Assembly (NCBI RefSeq): GCF_004353825.1
Contig: NZ_SMNA01000002.1
Location: 434,001 to 498,000 of the forward strand
Source: Occultella glacieicola
GTDB lineage: Bacteria > Actinomycetota > Actinomycetes > Actinomycetales > Beutenbergiaceae
DNA length: 64,000 bases
Direction of reading: 5' to 3'
Of this stretch, positions 38,101 through 47,776 are shown piece after piece (within the stretch, counting starts at the first letter, position 1; every line of letters begins with the position of its first letter). A program made the translations under genes and the position numbers. The notes beneath the pieces are model-generated. The model saw only the letters and a program-made list of their open reading frames with translations. It ran no database searches and was not told the origin of the DNA.

Positions 38101-39120
38101 ATGGGTGTCACGCGCCGAATCGTCTTTCCCACCATCCGGATCCTGATCTGGGCCGTGATCGCCGTGGCGCTCGTGCAGCTCGCGTTCGGCGGCACCGACG
38201 CCACCGGCGACCCGGACGCCGGGCCCGAGACCCCGTCGGCGGTGTTCGAGGACCCGCAGGTGGAGGTCACCACCGCCACCATCACGAACCAGGTGACCCT
38301 CGCGGCGACCGTCGTCGCCGATGGCGCCGTGAGCGCGCGTGCGAACCTGGACGGGACGGTCAACTACTACGAGGTCGATGACGGGGCGACGGTCACCGAG
38401 GGCGACCGCCTGCTCGTCATCCGCCAGGAGACCCCGCGCGACCCGGTGGAGAGCACGGACGAGGAGGGGAACGTCACGGTGACCCCCCGCAGTCCCGAGA
38501 TCACCACCACGGTCGTGCGCGCCCCGGCCACGGGTGTGGTCCGCTTCTCCGTGCTCGAGGACCAGGCCGTCTCGATCGGGGATCCGGTCGCCACCGTCAC
38601 CCCGGACACGTTCTCCGTGGTCGGCTCGCTGAGCCCGGAACAGCAGTACCGGCTGGTCTCCGCCCCTGCCGAAGGGCAGGTGCAGGTGCCCGGCGGGCCG
38701 GCGCCGTTCACGTGCACCGGCCTGACCACCGGCGTCGCCGACGGCAACGACGCAGACCAGCCCGACGGCGAGGCGCCGCCCGCCGGCGACGGCACCACGG
38801 TGCAGGCCCGGTGCGCCGTTCCCGCGGGGGTTACGGTGTTCCCGGGCCTGAGTGCGGACCTGGTGATCACCAGCGGCGAGGCCGCCGACGCGATGGTCCT
38901 GCCGGTCACCGCGGTCCAGGGGCTCTTCGAGACCGGCGTGGTCTGGGTGGTCGGTGCCGACGGTGAGCCCGAGGAGCGGCCCGTGACCCTCGGCCTCACG
39001 GACGGCGAGCTCGTGCAGATCGTCGAGGGCGTCGCCGCCGGGGACCTGGTCCTGGAGTTCGTGCCCGGCGCCGAGGTCGAGCCGATCGATCCCTACGCCA
39101 TGGACCCGGGCGTCGGATGA
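38101..39120 (+). CDS. Efflux adaptor / membrane fusion-like protein (MacA/YknX-like)
   Basis: One N-terminal TM, lipoyl-like halves, and C-terminal LPVTAV...V.LGLTDG..VQI..G...GD.V. Confidence 0.78.
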   Translation: MGVTRRIVFPTIRILIWAVIAVALVQLAFGGTDATGDPDAGPETPSAVFEDPQVEVTTATITNQVTLAATVVADGAVSARANLDGTVNYYEVDDGATVTEGDRLLVIRQETPRDPVESTDEEGNVTVTPRSPEITTTVVRAPATGVVRFSVLEDQAVSIGDPVATVTPDTFSVVGSLSPEQQYRLVSAPAEGQVQVPGGPAPFTCTGLTTGVADGNDADQPDGEAPPAGDGTTVQARCAVPAGVTVFPGLSADLVITSGEAADAMVLPVTAVQGLFETGVVWVVGADGEPEERPVTLGLTDGELVQIVEGVAAGDLVLEFVPGAEVEPIDPYAMDPGVG

Positions 39121-39911
39121 GTCTGCTGGAACTGCACGGGATCACCCGGACCGTCCGGCTGCCCGACGACTCCCGGCTGGACATCCTGCGGGGGGTCGAC
39201 CTGAGCGTCGGGGCCGGCGAGCACATCTCCATCGTGGGGCGCTCGGGCACCGGGAAGTCCACCCTGCTGAACATCCTCGGCCTCCTCGACGCCCCGACGG
39301 ACGGCGAGTACCTGCTCGACGGGACGCCGATCGGCCGACTCGGCAACCGCCGTCGGGCTCGGCGCCGCGGCGACGACTTCGGATTCGTGTTCCAGCAGTT
39401 CAACCTGCTCCCGGGGCGCACCGCCCTGGAGAACGTGATCGCGCCCCTGCTGTACGCGCGCGGCCGCACGTTCTGGCGTCGACACTCGATCGCCACCTCG
39501 ATGCTGGCGCGGGTGGGCCTCGGCGACCGGCTGGAGTCCAAGCCGGAGCAGCTCTCCGGCGGCGAGCAGCAGCGGGTCGCGATCGCCCGCGCCCTGGTCC
39601 GCACCCCGCGCGTGATCCTCGCCGACGAGCCCACCGGCGCCCTGGACGTGGACACCGGCGCCGAGATCATGACGATGCTCGACGAGATCGCCTCGGACAC
39701 CGGCGCGGTGCTGATCGCGATCACCCACGACCTCGCGGTGGCGGCCCGGGCGAGCCGGCACTACCGGCTCGGCGAGGGCGTGCTCACGCCGATCACGATC
39801 GCCCCGCGGACCGCCGGTACCCTCGCCGAGCTGGGCGACCCGCTGACCGCGACCGACGTCGTGGACCCGGAGGCCGCACCGGTGCTCGCCGACGCAGAGG
39901 CCTCGGCGTGA
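39117..39911 (+). CDS. MacB/LolD-type ABC ATP-binding protein
   Basis: GRSGTGKST, FVFQQFNLL, LSGGEQQR, ADEPTGALD and ITHD. Confidence 0.93.
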   Translation: MSLLELHGITRTVRLPDDSRLDILRGVDLSVGAGEHISIVGRSGTGKSTLLNILGLLDAPTDGEYLLDGTPIGRLGNRRRARRRGDDFGFVFQQFNLLPGRTALENVIAPLLYARGRTFWRRHSIATSMLARVGLGDRLESKPEQLSGGEQQRVAIARALVRTPRVILADEPTGALDVDTGAEIMTMLDEIASDTGAVLIAITHDLAVAARASRHYRLGEGVLTPITIAPRTAGTLAELGDPLTATDVVDPEAAPVLADAEASA

Positions 39912-41110
39912 CCGGGTTCGTCGGCGCCCTCGTGGAGGCGTGGGGCGAACTGCGCATCCACCGCCTGCGGGTGCTGCTGTCCCTGATCGGCGTGGCCGTC
40001 GCGGTTGCGGCGATGACCGGGGTGACGGCGCTCGGGGACATCACGAGGCAGGCGCAGTCCGAGCTCATGGAGGCGCAGAGCGGACGGCCGGCGACGTTCC
40101 GGGTGGACGCCTGGTCCGAGACCGGGACTCTCGACGCCACCGCGACCACCACGGCGTTCCGTGACTTCGTGACGCGGTACGAGATCGAGCAGGCCTCCCT
40201 CGTCACCTACGCCAGCATGCCGGTCCGGATGCCGACCGGGACCTGGGAGGTCCAGGTCCAGGCCGTCGACCCGCCGTACGGGGCGATGCACCGGATCGCC
40301 CCGGTGCACGGGTCGTGGTTCACCGCCGCAGATGCTGACCGGTTCGCCCCGGCCCTGGTGGTGAACGAGGCGTTCCTGCGCGAACTCGGCGTTCCCGACC
40401 TCACCGGACGTCCCACCGCCCTGATCGGGCGGGACGAGCCGGTCCGGGCCACGATCATCGGGGTGACCGCCGACCTGTGGGAGGGCGCGGTCCCGGAGGC
40501 GTTCATCCTGAGCTCGGCGTTCGAGCGGTGGATCCCGCCGAGCCCGGAGTTCTTCGCCCCGCCGGCTCTCGAGGTGTGGGTGCCGCCGGAGGACGCCGAC
40601 GTCGCCGAGCAGTTCCTGAACCGGGATCTGACGGCGGCCCTCGGGTCCAGCGCGCAGGTGCAGATCTACCGCCAGGACGCCTTCGGCATCGAGGCGTTCG
40701 ACCAGGTGTTCCAGCTCGTCGTGACCGGGATCGGTCTCCTGGTCCTGATGCTCGGCGCTCTGAGCCTGGTGAACATCTCCCTGGTGACCGTGCGGCAGCG
40801 GATCCGCGAGATCGGCATCCGGCGCTCGTTCGGGGCGTCCTCGGGACGGATCTTCTTCTCGATCATGATGGAGTCCCTGGTCGCGACCGTGCTCGCGGGT
40901 GCGATCGGCGTCGCGATCGCCGTGGTCGCCGTGCGCAACGCCCCGATCGAGGCGCTGATCGGCTGGGGCAGCATCCAGGACGTTCCCCCGTTCCCGATCT
41001 CCGCGGCTGTCACCGGTCTGGTGGCCGCCACCGTGATCGGGGCACTGGCCGGGCTGCTGCCTGCGCTCGTGGCGGTCCGGGTGAAACCGATCGACGCGAT
41101 CCGGTACTGA
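39908..41110 (+). CDS. MacB/FtsX-type ABC permease
   Basis: HRLR..LSLIGVAVAV, VTVRQRIREIGIRRSFGA, ES and PA..A....PIDAIRY. Confidence 0.9.
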   Translation: MTGFVGALVEAWGELRIHRLRVLLSLIGVAVAVAAMTGVTALGDITRQAQSELMEAQSGRPATFRVDAWSETGTLDATATTTAFRDFVTRYEIEQASLVTYASMPVRMPTGTWEVQVQAVDPPYGAMHRIAPVHGSWFTAADADRFAPALVVNEAFLRELGVPDLTGRPTALIGRDEPVRATIIGVTADLWEGAVPEAFILSSAFERWIPPSPEFFAPPALEVWVPPEDADVAEQFLNRDLTAALGSSAQVQIYRQDAFGIEAFDQVFQLVVTGIGLLVLMLGALSLVNISLVTVRQRIREIGIRRSFGASSGRIFFSIMMESLVATVLAGAIGVAIAVVAVRNAPIEALIGWGSIQDVPPFPISAAVTGLVAATVIGALAGLLPALVAVRVKPIDAIRY

Positions 41111-41157
41111 CGTCAATTTAGGTTGACGGTTTCGGAAGTCGTCAACTACGGTTGCCG
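41111..41157 (+). promoter_or_regulatory. Promoter with duplicated palindromic operator CGTCAA-N6-TTG(A/C)CG
   Basis: Sites at 41111-41128 and 41140-41157. -35 TTGACG 41123-41128, -10 TACGGT 41147-41152, ATG 7 nt later. Confidence 0.72.
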
Positions 41158-41159
41158 CC

Positions 41160-42134
41160 ATGGAGGCAAGCGAGCGGCTCGCGGCCCGGGTTCAGGACCT
41201 GCTCGGCCCGCGTCATCCGGTGTTCGCCGCGGCCACCCTCACCCCCGGGACCGTCACGGTGGCCGGCAGGGGCGCCGACTCGCAGGCCGACTTCGAGATC
41301 GCCTCCGTCTCGAAGGCGATCACCGGACTGCTCTACGCCGAGGGTCTGGCCCGTGCTGAGTTCGGTGCCGATGCGGTCCTCGGTGACCACCTCCCGCTGG
41401 GCGACACCCCCGCGGCCGGCGTGAGCTTGGCCTCGCTGAGCACACACCGTTCCGGCCTGCCGCGGCTCCCGGCGTCCGCGCACCCGTGGCGCCGCACGAT
41501 CGCGCTCTGGCGGCACGGGACCAACCCGTACGGCGAGACACTCGACGACCTGCTCGAGCAGGCCCGCGGCGTCCGGGTCGGCAGGCCACTCCCCCGCTAC
41601 TCCAATTTCGGGTTCGAACTGTTGGGCCACGCGATCGCCGCCGCCGAGGGGACGACCTACGCCGCACTCGTCCGGGATCGACTCGTCGGCCCGCTCGACC
41701 TCGACCCCTTCTACGTCCCGACGTCCACCGCGGACCTGCGGCCCGGTGCGCTGTCCGGGAGGTCCGCACGCGGGCGAACGCGCGAGGCCTGGACCGGGGA
41801 GGCGCTCGGACCGGCCGGCGGCATCCGGGCGAGCATCGAGGCGATGGCGCGGCTGGCAGCCGCGCTGCTGGCCGGCTCGGCCCCAGGGATGGCCGCCCTG
41901 AACCCGGTCGCGCCGTTCGGGGCCGGCGCCCGGATCGGCGCGGCCTGGATCACCGTCGACGTGGACGGACGCGCGATCACCTGGCACAACGGCGGATCTG
42001 GCGGCTTCCGGTCGTGGCTCGGGCTGGACCGCGCGGCCGGCACCGCGGCGGTGATCCTGTCCGCCACCGCGGCCGCGGTCGACGCACCCGGGTTCCGGCT
42101 CCTGACCGAACTCACCGCCATCGCCGCAGAGTAG
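41160..42134 (+). CDS. Serine hydrolase (beta-lactamase/class C-like family)
   Basis: FEIASVSK (SxxK), LSTHRSGL, YSN and WHNGG.GGF. No signal peptide. Confidence 0.88.
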   Translation: MEASERLAARVQDLLGPRHPVFAAATLTPGTVTVAGRGADSQADFEIASVSKAITGLLYAEGLARAEFGADAVLGDHLPLGDTPAAGVSLASLSTHRSGLPRLPASAHPWRRTIALWRHGTNPYGETLDDLLEQARGVRVGRPLPRYSNFGFELLGHAIAAAEGTTYAALVRDRLVGPLDLDPFYVPTSTADLRPGALSGRSARGRTREAWTGEALGPAGGIRASIEAMARLAAALLAGSAPGMAALNPVAPFGAGARIGAAWITVDVDGRAITWHNGGSGGFRSWLGLDRAAGTAAVILSATAAAVDAPGFRLLTELTAIAAE

Positions 42135-42171
42135 GCTCACTCCACCACCGCCCAGCCAGACAGGAAACCCC

Positions 42172-42396
42172 GTGATCAAGAAGCCGCTGCTGCTCGTCGT
42201 CGGCATCATCGCGATCCTGATCGGCCTGGTCTGGGCCGGCCAGGGCGCCGGGATCCTGCCCGGCAGCATGATGACCGGGGACCCCACGTGGCTCGTGATC
42301 GGGCTCATCCTCATCGTCGCCGGCGCCGTGCTGGGCTACCTCAGCACCCGCGGCCGGTCCTGGCACAGCCAGCACGGCCCGCCCGGACAGCACTGA
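42172..42396 (+). CDS. Small two-TM membrane protein
   Basis: AGGA RBS before the GTG. GLVW.GQG.G..PGS.MTG...W pattern with two hydrophobic helices. Confidence 0.75.
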   Translation: MIKKPLLLVVGIIAILIGLVWAGQGAGILPGSMMTGDPTWLVIGLILIVAGAVLGYLSTRGRSWHSQHGPPGQH

Positions 42397-42431
42397 CAGC
42401 ACGAACAGCACTGACCGCACCAACAGAACCG
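42387..42431 (+). repeat. Degenerate 9-bp tandem repeat, 5 copies
   Basis: ACAGCACTG ACAGCACGA ACAGCACTG ACCGCACCA ACAGAACCG. Confidence 0.7.
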
Positions 42432-42447
42432 CCGCAGCGGACGCGGG

Positions 42448-43242
42448 TCAGAGGTCGTACAGCACCCGCACCGGGGCGTGGTCGGAGAACCGCGCCTCGT
42501 AGGTGGCCGCCCGGTCGATGACCGCATCCTTCGCCCGCTCGGCCAGGGCCGGCGTGGCGAACTGGTAGTCGATCCGCCAGCCCGCGTCGTTCGTGAACGC
42601 CTGCCCGCGCCAGGACCACCACGAGTACGGCCCCGGGCCCTCGCCGCCGAACCGGCGGCCCAGGTCCACCCAGCCCTGCTCGTCGATCCAGGTGTCCAGG
42701 TAGGCCCGCTCCTCGGGCAGGAACCCGGCGTTGCGGCGGTTCGTCTTCCACGCCTTGAGGTCCACCTCACGGTGGGCGATGTTCATGTCCCCGCCCACCA
42801 CCACGCAGCCACCGCCGGCCGCGAGTTCACCCATCCTCGCGGTGACGGCGTCCAGGTGCGCGAACTTGAGATCCATCGACGGTGTCCGGGCGGTCCCGGA
42901 GTGTAGGTACGTCGAGACCACCGTCAGGCGCTCGCCGCCGACCTCCAGGTCGGCCTCCACCCACCGCCCGACGTCCGGCTCCGGCTCGTCCGCGGCGAGC
43001 CCGATCCGGACCGCCGTGAACGGTGTCCGGGCCGCGACGGCGACCCCAGCCCGGCCCTTGGCCGCGCCCTCGGTGTGCACGAAGTGCCAGTCGGGCCCGA
43101 GGTGGGCGGCGAGGAGTTCGTCGGTCGCGCGGACCTCCTGGAGCAGCAGCACGTCCGGGGCGTGCTCGGCGATCCACTCCCCCATCCCCCTCCGGAACGC
43201 GGCCCGGATCCCGTTGACGTTGACGGACCCGATGCTCAGCAC
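42448..43242 (-). CDS. xth: Exodeoxyribonuclease III (AP endonuclease)
   Basis: NVNGIRA, LQEVR, GDMNIAH, YSWWSWR, GWRIDY and SDHAPV. GTG start at 43242. Confidence 0.92.
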   Translation of the reverse strand: MLSIGSVNVNGIRAAFRRGMGEWIAEHAPDVLLLQEVRATDELLAAHLGPDWHFVHTEGAAKGRAGVAVAARTPFTAVRIGLAADEPEPDVGRWVEADLEVGGERLTVVSTYLHSGTARTPSMDLKFAHLDAVTARMGELAAGGGCVVVGGDMNIAHREVDLKAWKTNRRNAGFLPEERAYLDTWIDEQGWVDLGRRFGGEGPGPYSWWSWRGQAFTNDAGWRIDYQFATPALAERAKDAVIDRAATYEARFSDHAPVRVLYDL

Positions 43243-44627
43243 GTGACGTCCCCGGTCAGCCGGGTGCCGTCGGCAATCGTGGCGGGCTGCTCGGCGCGCA
43301 CGTGCACGTCCCCGGTGCAGACCACGCCGGCTCCGAACGTGACGTCCCCGGTCACCTCCAGGCCGGTGCATTCACGCAGCGACGGCGGCCCCGCCGGGAA
43401 CCGGGCCTCGAAGTCCGGGACGAGCTTGTAGTGCCCGTCCAGCCGGATCGCCGGCTCGTCGTGGGTGATCACGGAGTTCACGACCGAGTCCTCATCGAGT
43501 GAGAACACGTCCGAGCGCAACAGGAGCAGCTCGTTCGTGGTCTTCACCGGCCGGAACCGACGCCGCGGCACCAGCAGCGCCTGGGAACCCTCGAACGCCT
43601 CCACGGCGGTGCCCATCGCGGACTCGATCTGGATCACCGGCGTCGAGGACGAGTCCGAGGGGTCCACCGTCTTGCGGTTCACCACGATCGGCAGCCCGAG
43701 CACCCCGTCGCGCTCGTCGAGGAGCCGCTCGAGGACCTCCAGGTCCACCCACAGGTTGTTCGTGTGGAAGTACTGGTGCCGCTCGTTGTCCTGGAAGTGG
43801 TGGTCCTCGCCGTCGGCCACCATGGCGCTGTCCCGCAGGATCATCCGGCCGTCGCTGCGCCGTCGGGCCAGGTGCCCGCCCTTGCGGTCGTTCGCGGTGC
43901 GCGGGCACACCTCGGCCGCGTACGGCACGGCGTTGGCGAACATCCAGGCCGCCACGTCCGGGTCACAGGTGGCGCCGAGGTTGTCCGCGTTGGACAGGAA
44001 CACGTACCGGATCCCCTTCGCCCGCAGCGCCGCGAGCAGCCCGCTGCCCTGCAGCGCGACGTAGATGTCCCCGTGCCCCGGCGGGCACCACTCGAGCTCG
44101 GGGTCCGCGGCCCAGTCCACCGGGGCGAGGGTGTCCGCGTCCAACTTCGGCTCCGCGTTCTGCAGGAAGTCCAGCGGCAGACCGTCCACGGCCAGGTCCG
44201 GGTACCTCTCGAGGATCGCCAGGGACTCGGACCGCGTACGGAACGAGTTCATCAGGATCAGCGGCAGCTGCACGTCGTGCTCGGCCCGCAGGGCGAGCAC
44301 CTGGCGGGCGATGATGTCCAGGAACGTGAGCCCGTCGCGCACCTCGAGGGCGGACTTCGGGCCGGTCATTCCCATCGACGTGCCGAGCCCACCGTTCAGC
44401 TTGATGACGGCGGTGCGGGCCAGTGCCTCCCGGCGCTGGGAGGCCGTCGCGGCGAAGTCGCCGAGCGCCGGGACCTCCCCGAGCGGCTCGATCGTCTCCT
44501 CCGGGATCAGGCCCTGCGCACCGGCCGCGAGGTCGCGCCAGTAGTGGGCGAAGACGTTGATCGCGCGGGGGTCGATGCCCCGCTCCTGCATCTTCGTGAT
44601 GGCCTGTTGCAGCCCGTCCTCAGTCAT
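43236..44627 (-). CDS. UTP-glucose-1-phosphate uridylyltransferase, eukaryote-like UDPGP family
   Basis: KLNGGLGTSMG...KS, LMNSF, WCPPGHGD, SNADNLGA, KGG, TNNLW, ESAMG and RFRPVKTT. Confidence 0.92.
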   Translation of the reverse strand: MTEDGLQQAITKMQERGIDPRAINVFAHYWRDLAAGAQGLIPEETIEPLGEVPALGDFAATASQRREALARTAVIKLNGGLGTSMGMTGPKSALEVRDGLTFLDIIARQVLALRAEHDVQLPLILMNSFRTRSESLAILERYPDLAVDGLPLDFLQNAEPKLDADTLAPVDWAADPELEWCPPGHGDIYVALQGSGLLAALRAKGIRYVFLSNADNLGATCDPDVAAWMFANAVPYAAEVCPRTANDRKGGHLARRRSDGRMILRDSAMVADGEDHHFQDNERHQYFHTNNLWVDLEVLERLLDERDGVLGLPIVVNRKTVDPSDSSSTPVIQIESAMGTAVEAFEGSQALLVPRRRFRPVKTTNELLLLRSDVFSLDEDSVVNSVITHDEPAIRLDGHYKLVPDFEARFPAGPPSLRECTGLEVTGDVTFGAGVVCTGDVHVRAEQPATIADGTRLTGDVTC

Positions 44628-44673
44628 GGCTCCAACCCTATGACGAGCCGGTGACGGTGGATGCCGCCGAGGA

Positions 44674-44731
44674 AGTCGTCGAGGGGTCGAATCAGCCGGA
44701 GCCAGCCGACTGATTCGACCCCGTGACGACT
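44674..44731. terminator. Long hairpin downstream of folD
   Basis: AGTCGTCgaGGGGTCGAATCAGcCGG ... CCGaCTGATTCGACCCCgtGACGACT. Confidence 0.55.
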
Positions 44732-44780
44732 GATGGTCACCGAGGGGTGCGGGTCCGGGAGCCCGAGGCCTGCCCCGGAC

Positions 44781-45638
44781 TCAGCCGACCCGACGCTCCG
44801 CAGCCTCGACGGCGTTGCGGAACAGCAACGCGATGGTGGTCGGACCCACGCCGCCGACGCGCGGGGTGATCGCCCCGGCGACCTGTTCGCAGGACTCGTC
44901 GACGTCCGGGAGCAGCCGCTTGCCCTCGTAGCGGACGCCCCCGCCGATCACGGTGACGCCCGGGGTGAGGTGCTCGGGCTGCAGGATCCCGGGCACCCCG
45001 GCGGCCGCGATGACCACCTCGGCGCGGCGGGTGTAGTCGGGCCAGTTCGGCACCCCGGTGTGCACCACGGTGACGGCCGCGTTCGCCGTCGGGCGCTTCT
45101 GGCTGAGCAGCAGCGCGAGCGGGCGCCCGAGCGTGGTGCCGCGGCCGAGGATGCACACCTCGCGGCCGGCGATACCGATCTCGTAGTGGGCCAGCAGGGC
45201 CTCGATCCCGGCCGGGGTGCAGGCCACCGGCCCGGGCATGCCGAGGGCGAGCCGGCCCATGTTGACCGGGTGCAGCCCGTCCACGTCCTTGTCCGGGTCG
45301 AGCGCGAGCAGGGCAGCGTCGAAGTCGATCTGCGGCGGGGTGGGGTGCTGCAGCAGCACGGCGTCGACGTCGTCCGCGTCGTTCATCTCGCCGATGGCGG
45401 CGAGCACGTCCGCCTGGGTGGCGTCGGCGCCCAGGTGGATGTGCGGGGAGACGAACCCGAGGGCGGCGGCCCGCTCCTGCTTCATCCGGATGTACCCGGC
45501 ACTGGCGGAGTCGTCCCCGACCAGGATGGTGCCCAGGCCCGGGGTGTGCCCGGCCGCGGCGAGCGCCTCGATCCGTGGGGCGAGATCGGCGAACACCGCG
45601 TCCGCGACCGGCTTGCCCGGGAGCAGCCGTGCGCTCAC
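44781..45638 (-). CDS. folD: Methylenetetrahydrofolate dehydrogenase/cyclohydrolase
   Basis: [29 protein letters not shown] and GGVGPTT. Confidence 0.93.
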   Translation of the reverse strand: MSARLLPGKPVADAVFADLAPRIEALAAAGHTPGLGTILVGDDSASAGYIRMKQERAAALGFVSPHIHLGADATQADVLAAIGEMNDADDVDAVLLQHPTPPQIDFDAALLALDPDKDVDGLHPVNMGRLALGMPGPVACTPAGIEALLAHYEIGIAGREVCILGRGTTLGRPLALLLSQKRPTANAAVTVVHTGVPNWPDYTRRAEVVIAAAGVPGILQPEHLTPGVTVIGGGVRYEGKRLLPDVDESCEQVAGAITPRVGGVGPTTIALLFRNAVEAAERRVG

Positions 45639-46933
45639 TGGTGCAGCCCGGGGTAGAGCGGGAACGCGTCGGTGAGGGCCTTGACCCGGGCCCGGGCGGC
45701 GTCGATGTCCGCGCCGGAGCCGGCCGCGAGCACGCCGCCGATGATGTCCGCCACCTCGCGGAACTCGGTCTCCCCGAAGCCGCGGGAGGCCAGGGCCGGC
45801 GTGCCGATCCGCAGCCCGGACGTGACCCGCGGGGGGCGCGGGTCGAACGGCACGGCGTTGCGGTTCACGGTGATCCCGGCGTCGTGCAGGAGGTCCTCGG
45901 CCTGCTGGCCGTCCAGGTCGGAGTTGCGCAGGTCCACCAGGACCAGGTGCACGTCGGTGCCGCCGGTGAGCACGGAGACGCCAGCGCCGGCCACGTCGGA
46001 ACCCGTGAGCCGCTCGGCGAGGATCCGGGCGCCGTCGACGGTGCGCTGCTGCCGGTCGGCGAACTCCGCGCCGGCCGCGACCTTGAACGCGACCGCCTTG
46101 GCCGCGATCACGTGCATCAGCGGCCCGCCCTGCTGGCCCGGGAACACCGCGGAGTCGAGCTTCTTGCCGAACCGCTCCTTGTCATTGGCCAGGATCACTC
46201 CCGAGCGCGGGCCGCCGAGGGTCTTGTGCACGGTGGAGGAGACCACGTCCGAGTGCGGCACCGGGTTCGGGTGCAGCCCGGCCGCGACCAGGCCGGCGAA
46301 GTGCGCCATGTCCGTCCACAGGTAGGCGCCGACCTCGTCCGCGATGGACCGGAACGCCTCGAAGTCGAGCTGACGCGGGTACGCGGACCAGCCGGCGATG
46401 ATCACCTGCGGCCGGGACTCGAGCGCGGTGGCCCGCAGCGCGTCGTAGTCGATCCGGTGGGTCTGGGAGTCGACGCCGTAGGAGGCGACGTTGTAGAGCT
46501 TGCCGGAGAAGTTGATCTTCATGCCGTGGGTGAGGTGGCCACCGTGGGCCAGCTGCAGGCCGAGGATGGTGTCGCCCGGCTTGATCAGGGCGTGCAGCAC
46601 GGCCGCGTTGGCCTGGGCCCCGGAGTGGGGCTGGACGTTGACGTACTCGGCGCCGAACAGCGACGACGCCCGCTCGATGGCGAGGTTCTCGGCGATGTCG
46701 ACCTGCTCGCAGCCGCCGTAGTAGCGGCGGCCCGGGTAACCCTCGGCGTACTTGTTCGTCAGCACCGAGCCCTGCGCCTGGAGCACGGCACGCGGCACGA
46801 AGTTCTCGCTCGCGATCATCTCGAGGGTCTCACGCTGGCGGGTGAGTTCCCCCTCGAGCACGGCGGCGATCTCGGGATCGAGTTCCGCGAGCGTCTGCTC
46901 GTTGACGGGGACGGTGGACGTGGGCTGGCTCAT
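45635..46933 (-). CDS. glyA: Serine hydroxymethyltransferase
   Basis: [45 protein letters not shown] and RIGTPA. GGAGG RBS before ATG 46933. Confidence 0.97.
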   Translation of the reverse strand: MSQPTSTVPVNEQTLAELDPEIAAVLEGELTRQRETLEMIASENFVPRAVLQAQGSVLTNKYAEGYPGRRYYGGCEQVDIAENLAIERASSLFGAEYVNVQPHSGAQANAAVLHALIKPGDTILGLQLAHGGHLTHGMKINFSGKLYNVASYGVDSQTHRIDYDALRATALESRPQVIIAGWSAYPRQLDFEAFRSIADEVGAYLWTDMAHFAGLVAAGLHPNPVPHSDVVSSTVHKTLGGPRSGVILANDKERFGKKLDSAVFPGQQGGPLMHVIAAKAVAFKVAAGAEFADRQQRTVDGARILAERLTGSDVAGAGVSVLTGGTDVHLVLVDLRNSDLDGQQAEDLLHDAGITVNRNAVPFDPRPPRVTSGLRIGTPALASRGFGETEFREVADIIGGVLAAGSGADIDAARARVKALTDAFPLYPGLHQ

Positions 46934-46983
46934 GCTTCCTCCGCGGGCGATGCAGTGAATGGGTTCTCGTCGGATCACTCCAG

Positions 46984-47060
46984 GCCCAGGCGGGCGACCT
47001 CGAGTCGAGTTACTGCATCGCTCCCCGGTGGTGATCCACCTCGGCGCCAGTCGCGATGGG
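46984..47060 (-). promoter_or_regulatory. ZMP/ZTP (pfl) riboswitch
   Basis: The minus strand reads CATCGCGACTGGCG..GGTGG atca CCACC GGGGAGCGATG ... GTCGCCCGCCTGGGC, the pfl aptamer pattern, upstream of glyA-folD. TAGGCT -10 at 47069-47064. Confidence 0.92.
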
Positions 47061-47156
47061 CCCAGCCTAGCAAGGCCGCAGGCCCCCGGGTCGAGTCCGT
47101 CCGGCGGATCCGGTCCGCCGGGTCGATCGGCCGACGGCGTCCGGTGGGCCGGGTGC

Positions 47157-47687
47157 CTAGCCTTCCGCGGGCGAGGTCGTGGCCTCGTCCGTCTCGGTGA
47201 CCTCGGTCGTCTCCAGGTCGCCGAGGATCTTCCGCAGGTAGGCGTAGGTGAGGTCGCCGGCGTTCTGGTCGTACTGGTGCTCGAAGCCGTGCTTGGCGTA
47301 CAGGGAGAGGTTCTGCTTGGAGTCCTGCCCGGTGAAGACCCAGACCTCGCTGGTCTGCTCCGGCAGGTAGTTCAGCACGGACATCAGGAGCTTCGTGCCC
47401 AGGCCCTGCCCCTGCAGGTCCGGCACCACCGCGAGGCGGCCGAGGAGCGCCCGGTCCTCCTCCAGGCCCACGCGTACGGACCCGACCATGCGCGGTCCGA
47501 TCCACGCACCGAGGGTGACGACATCGGCCCGGGCCAGGTCCTCGCGCAACTCGTCGTAGGTCTGGGTCAGGGCCGGGATGTGGGGGTCGTCGTACAGCTG
47601 CGCCTCGGTCACGAACGCGGCCCGCCGCACGGTCAGCAGCTCGCCCGCGTCCTTGTCCTCGACGACGTCGATCCTCAGCTCGTCCAT
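47157..47687 (-). CDS. GNAT family N-acetyltransferase
   Basis: [17 protein letters not shown] (motif A) and [10 protein letters not shown]. Confidence 0.88.
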   Translation of the reverse strand: MDELRIDVVEDKDAGELLTVRRAAFVTEAQLYDDPHIPALTQTYDELREDLARADVVTLGAWIGPRMVGSVRVGLEEDRALLGRLAVVPDLQGQGLGTKLLMSVLNYLPEQTSEVWVFTGQDSKQNLSLYAKHGFEHQYDQNAGDLTYAYLRKILGDLETTEVTETDEATTSPAEG

Positions 47688-47776
47688 GCCCCCATCCTTC
47701 CACTGACCGGCGTGCTCGCGAACCCGAACCGCCTGCGCGGCCCGAACCGACGGCGACACCGGCTAACCTCACTGCG

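Noticed and set aside
38101..41110. Periplasmic-adaptor-like gene in a monoderm as a novelty
   Set aside because: MacAB/YknXYZ-like modules are common in Gram-positive bacteria.
41160..42134. Bona fide beta-lactamase resistance gene
   Set aside because: SxxK and YxN motifs are shared by many esterases and peptidases. It has no signal peptide and HNG rather than KTG, so activity cannot be assigned.
42387..42431. Tandem repeat considered as a CRISPR array
   Set aside because: The units are 9 nt, with no spacers and no cas genes.
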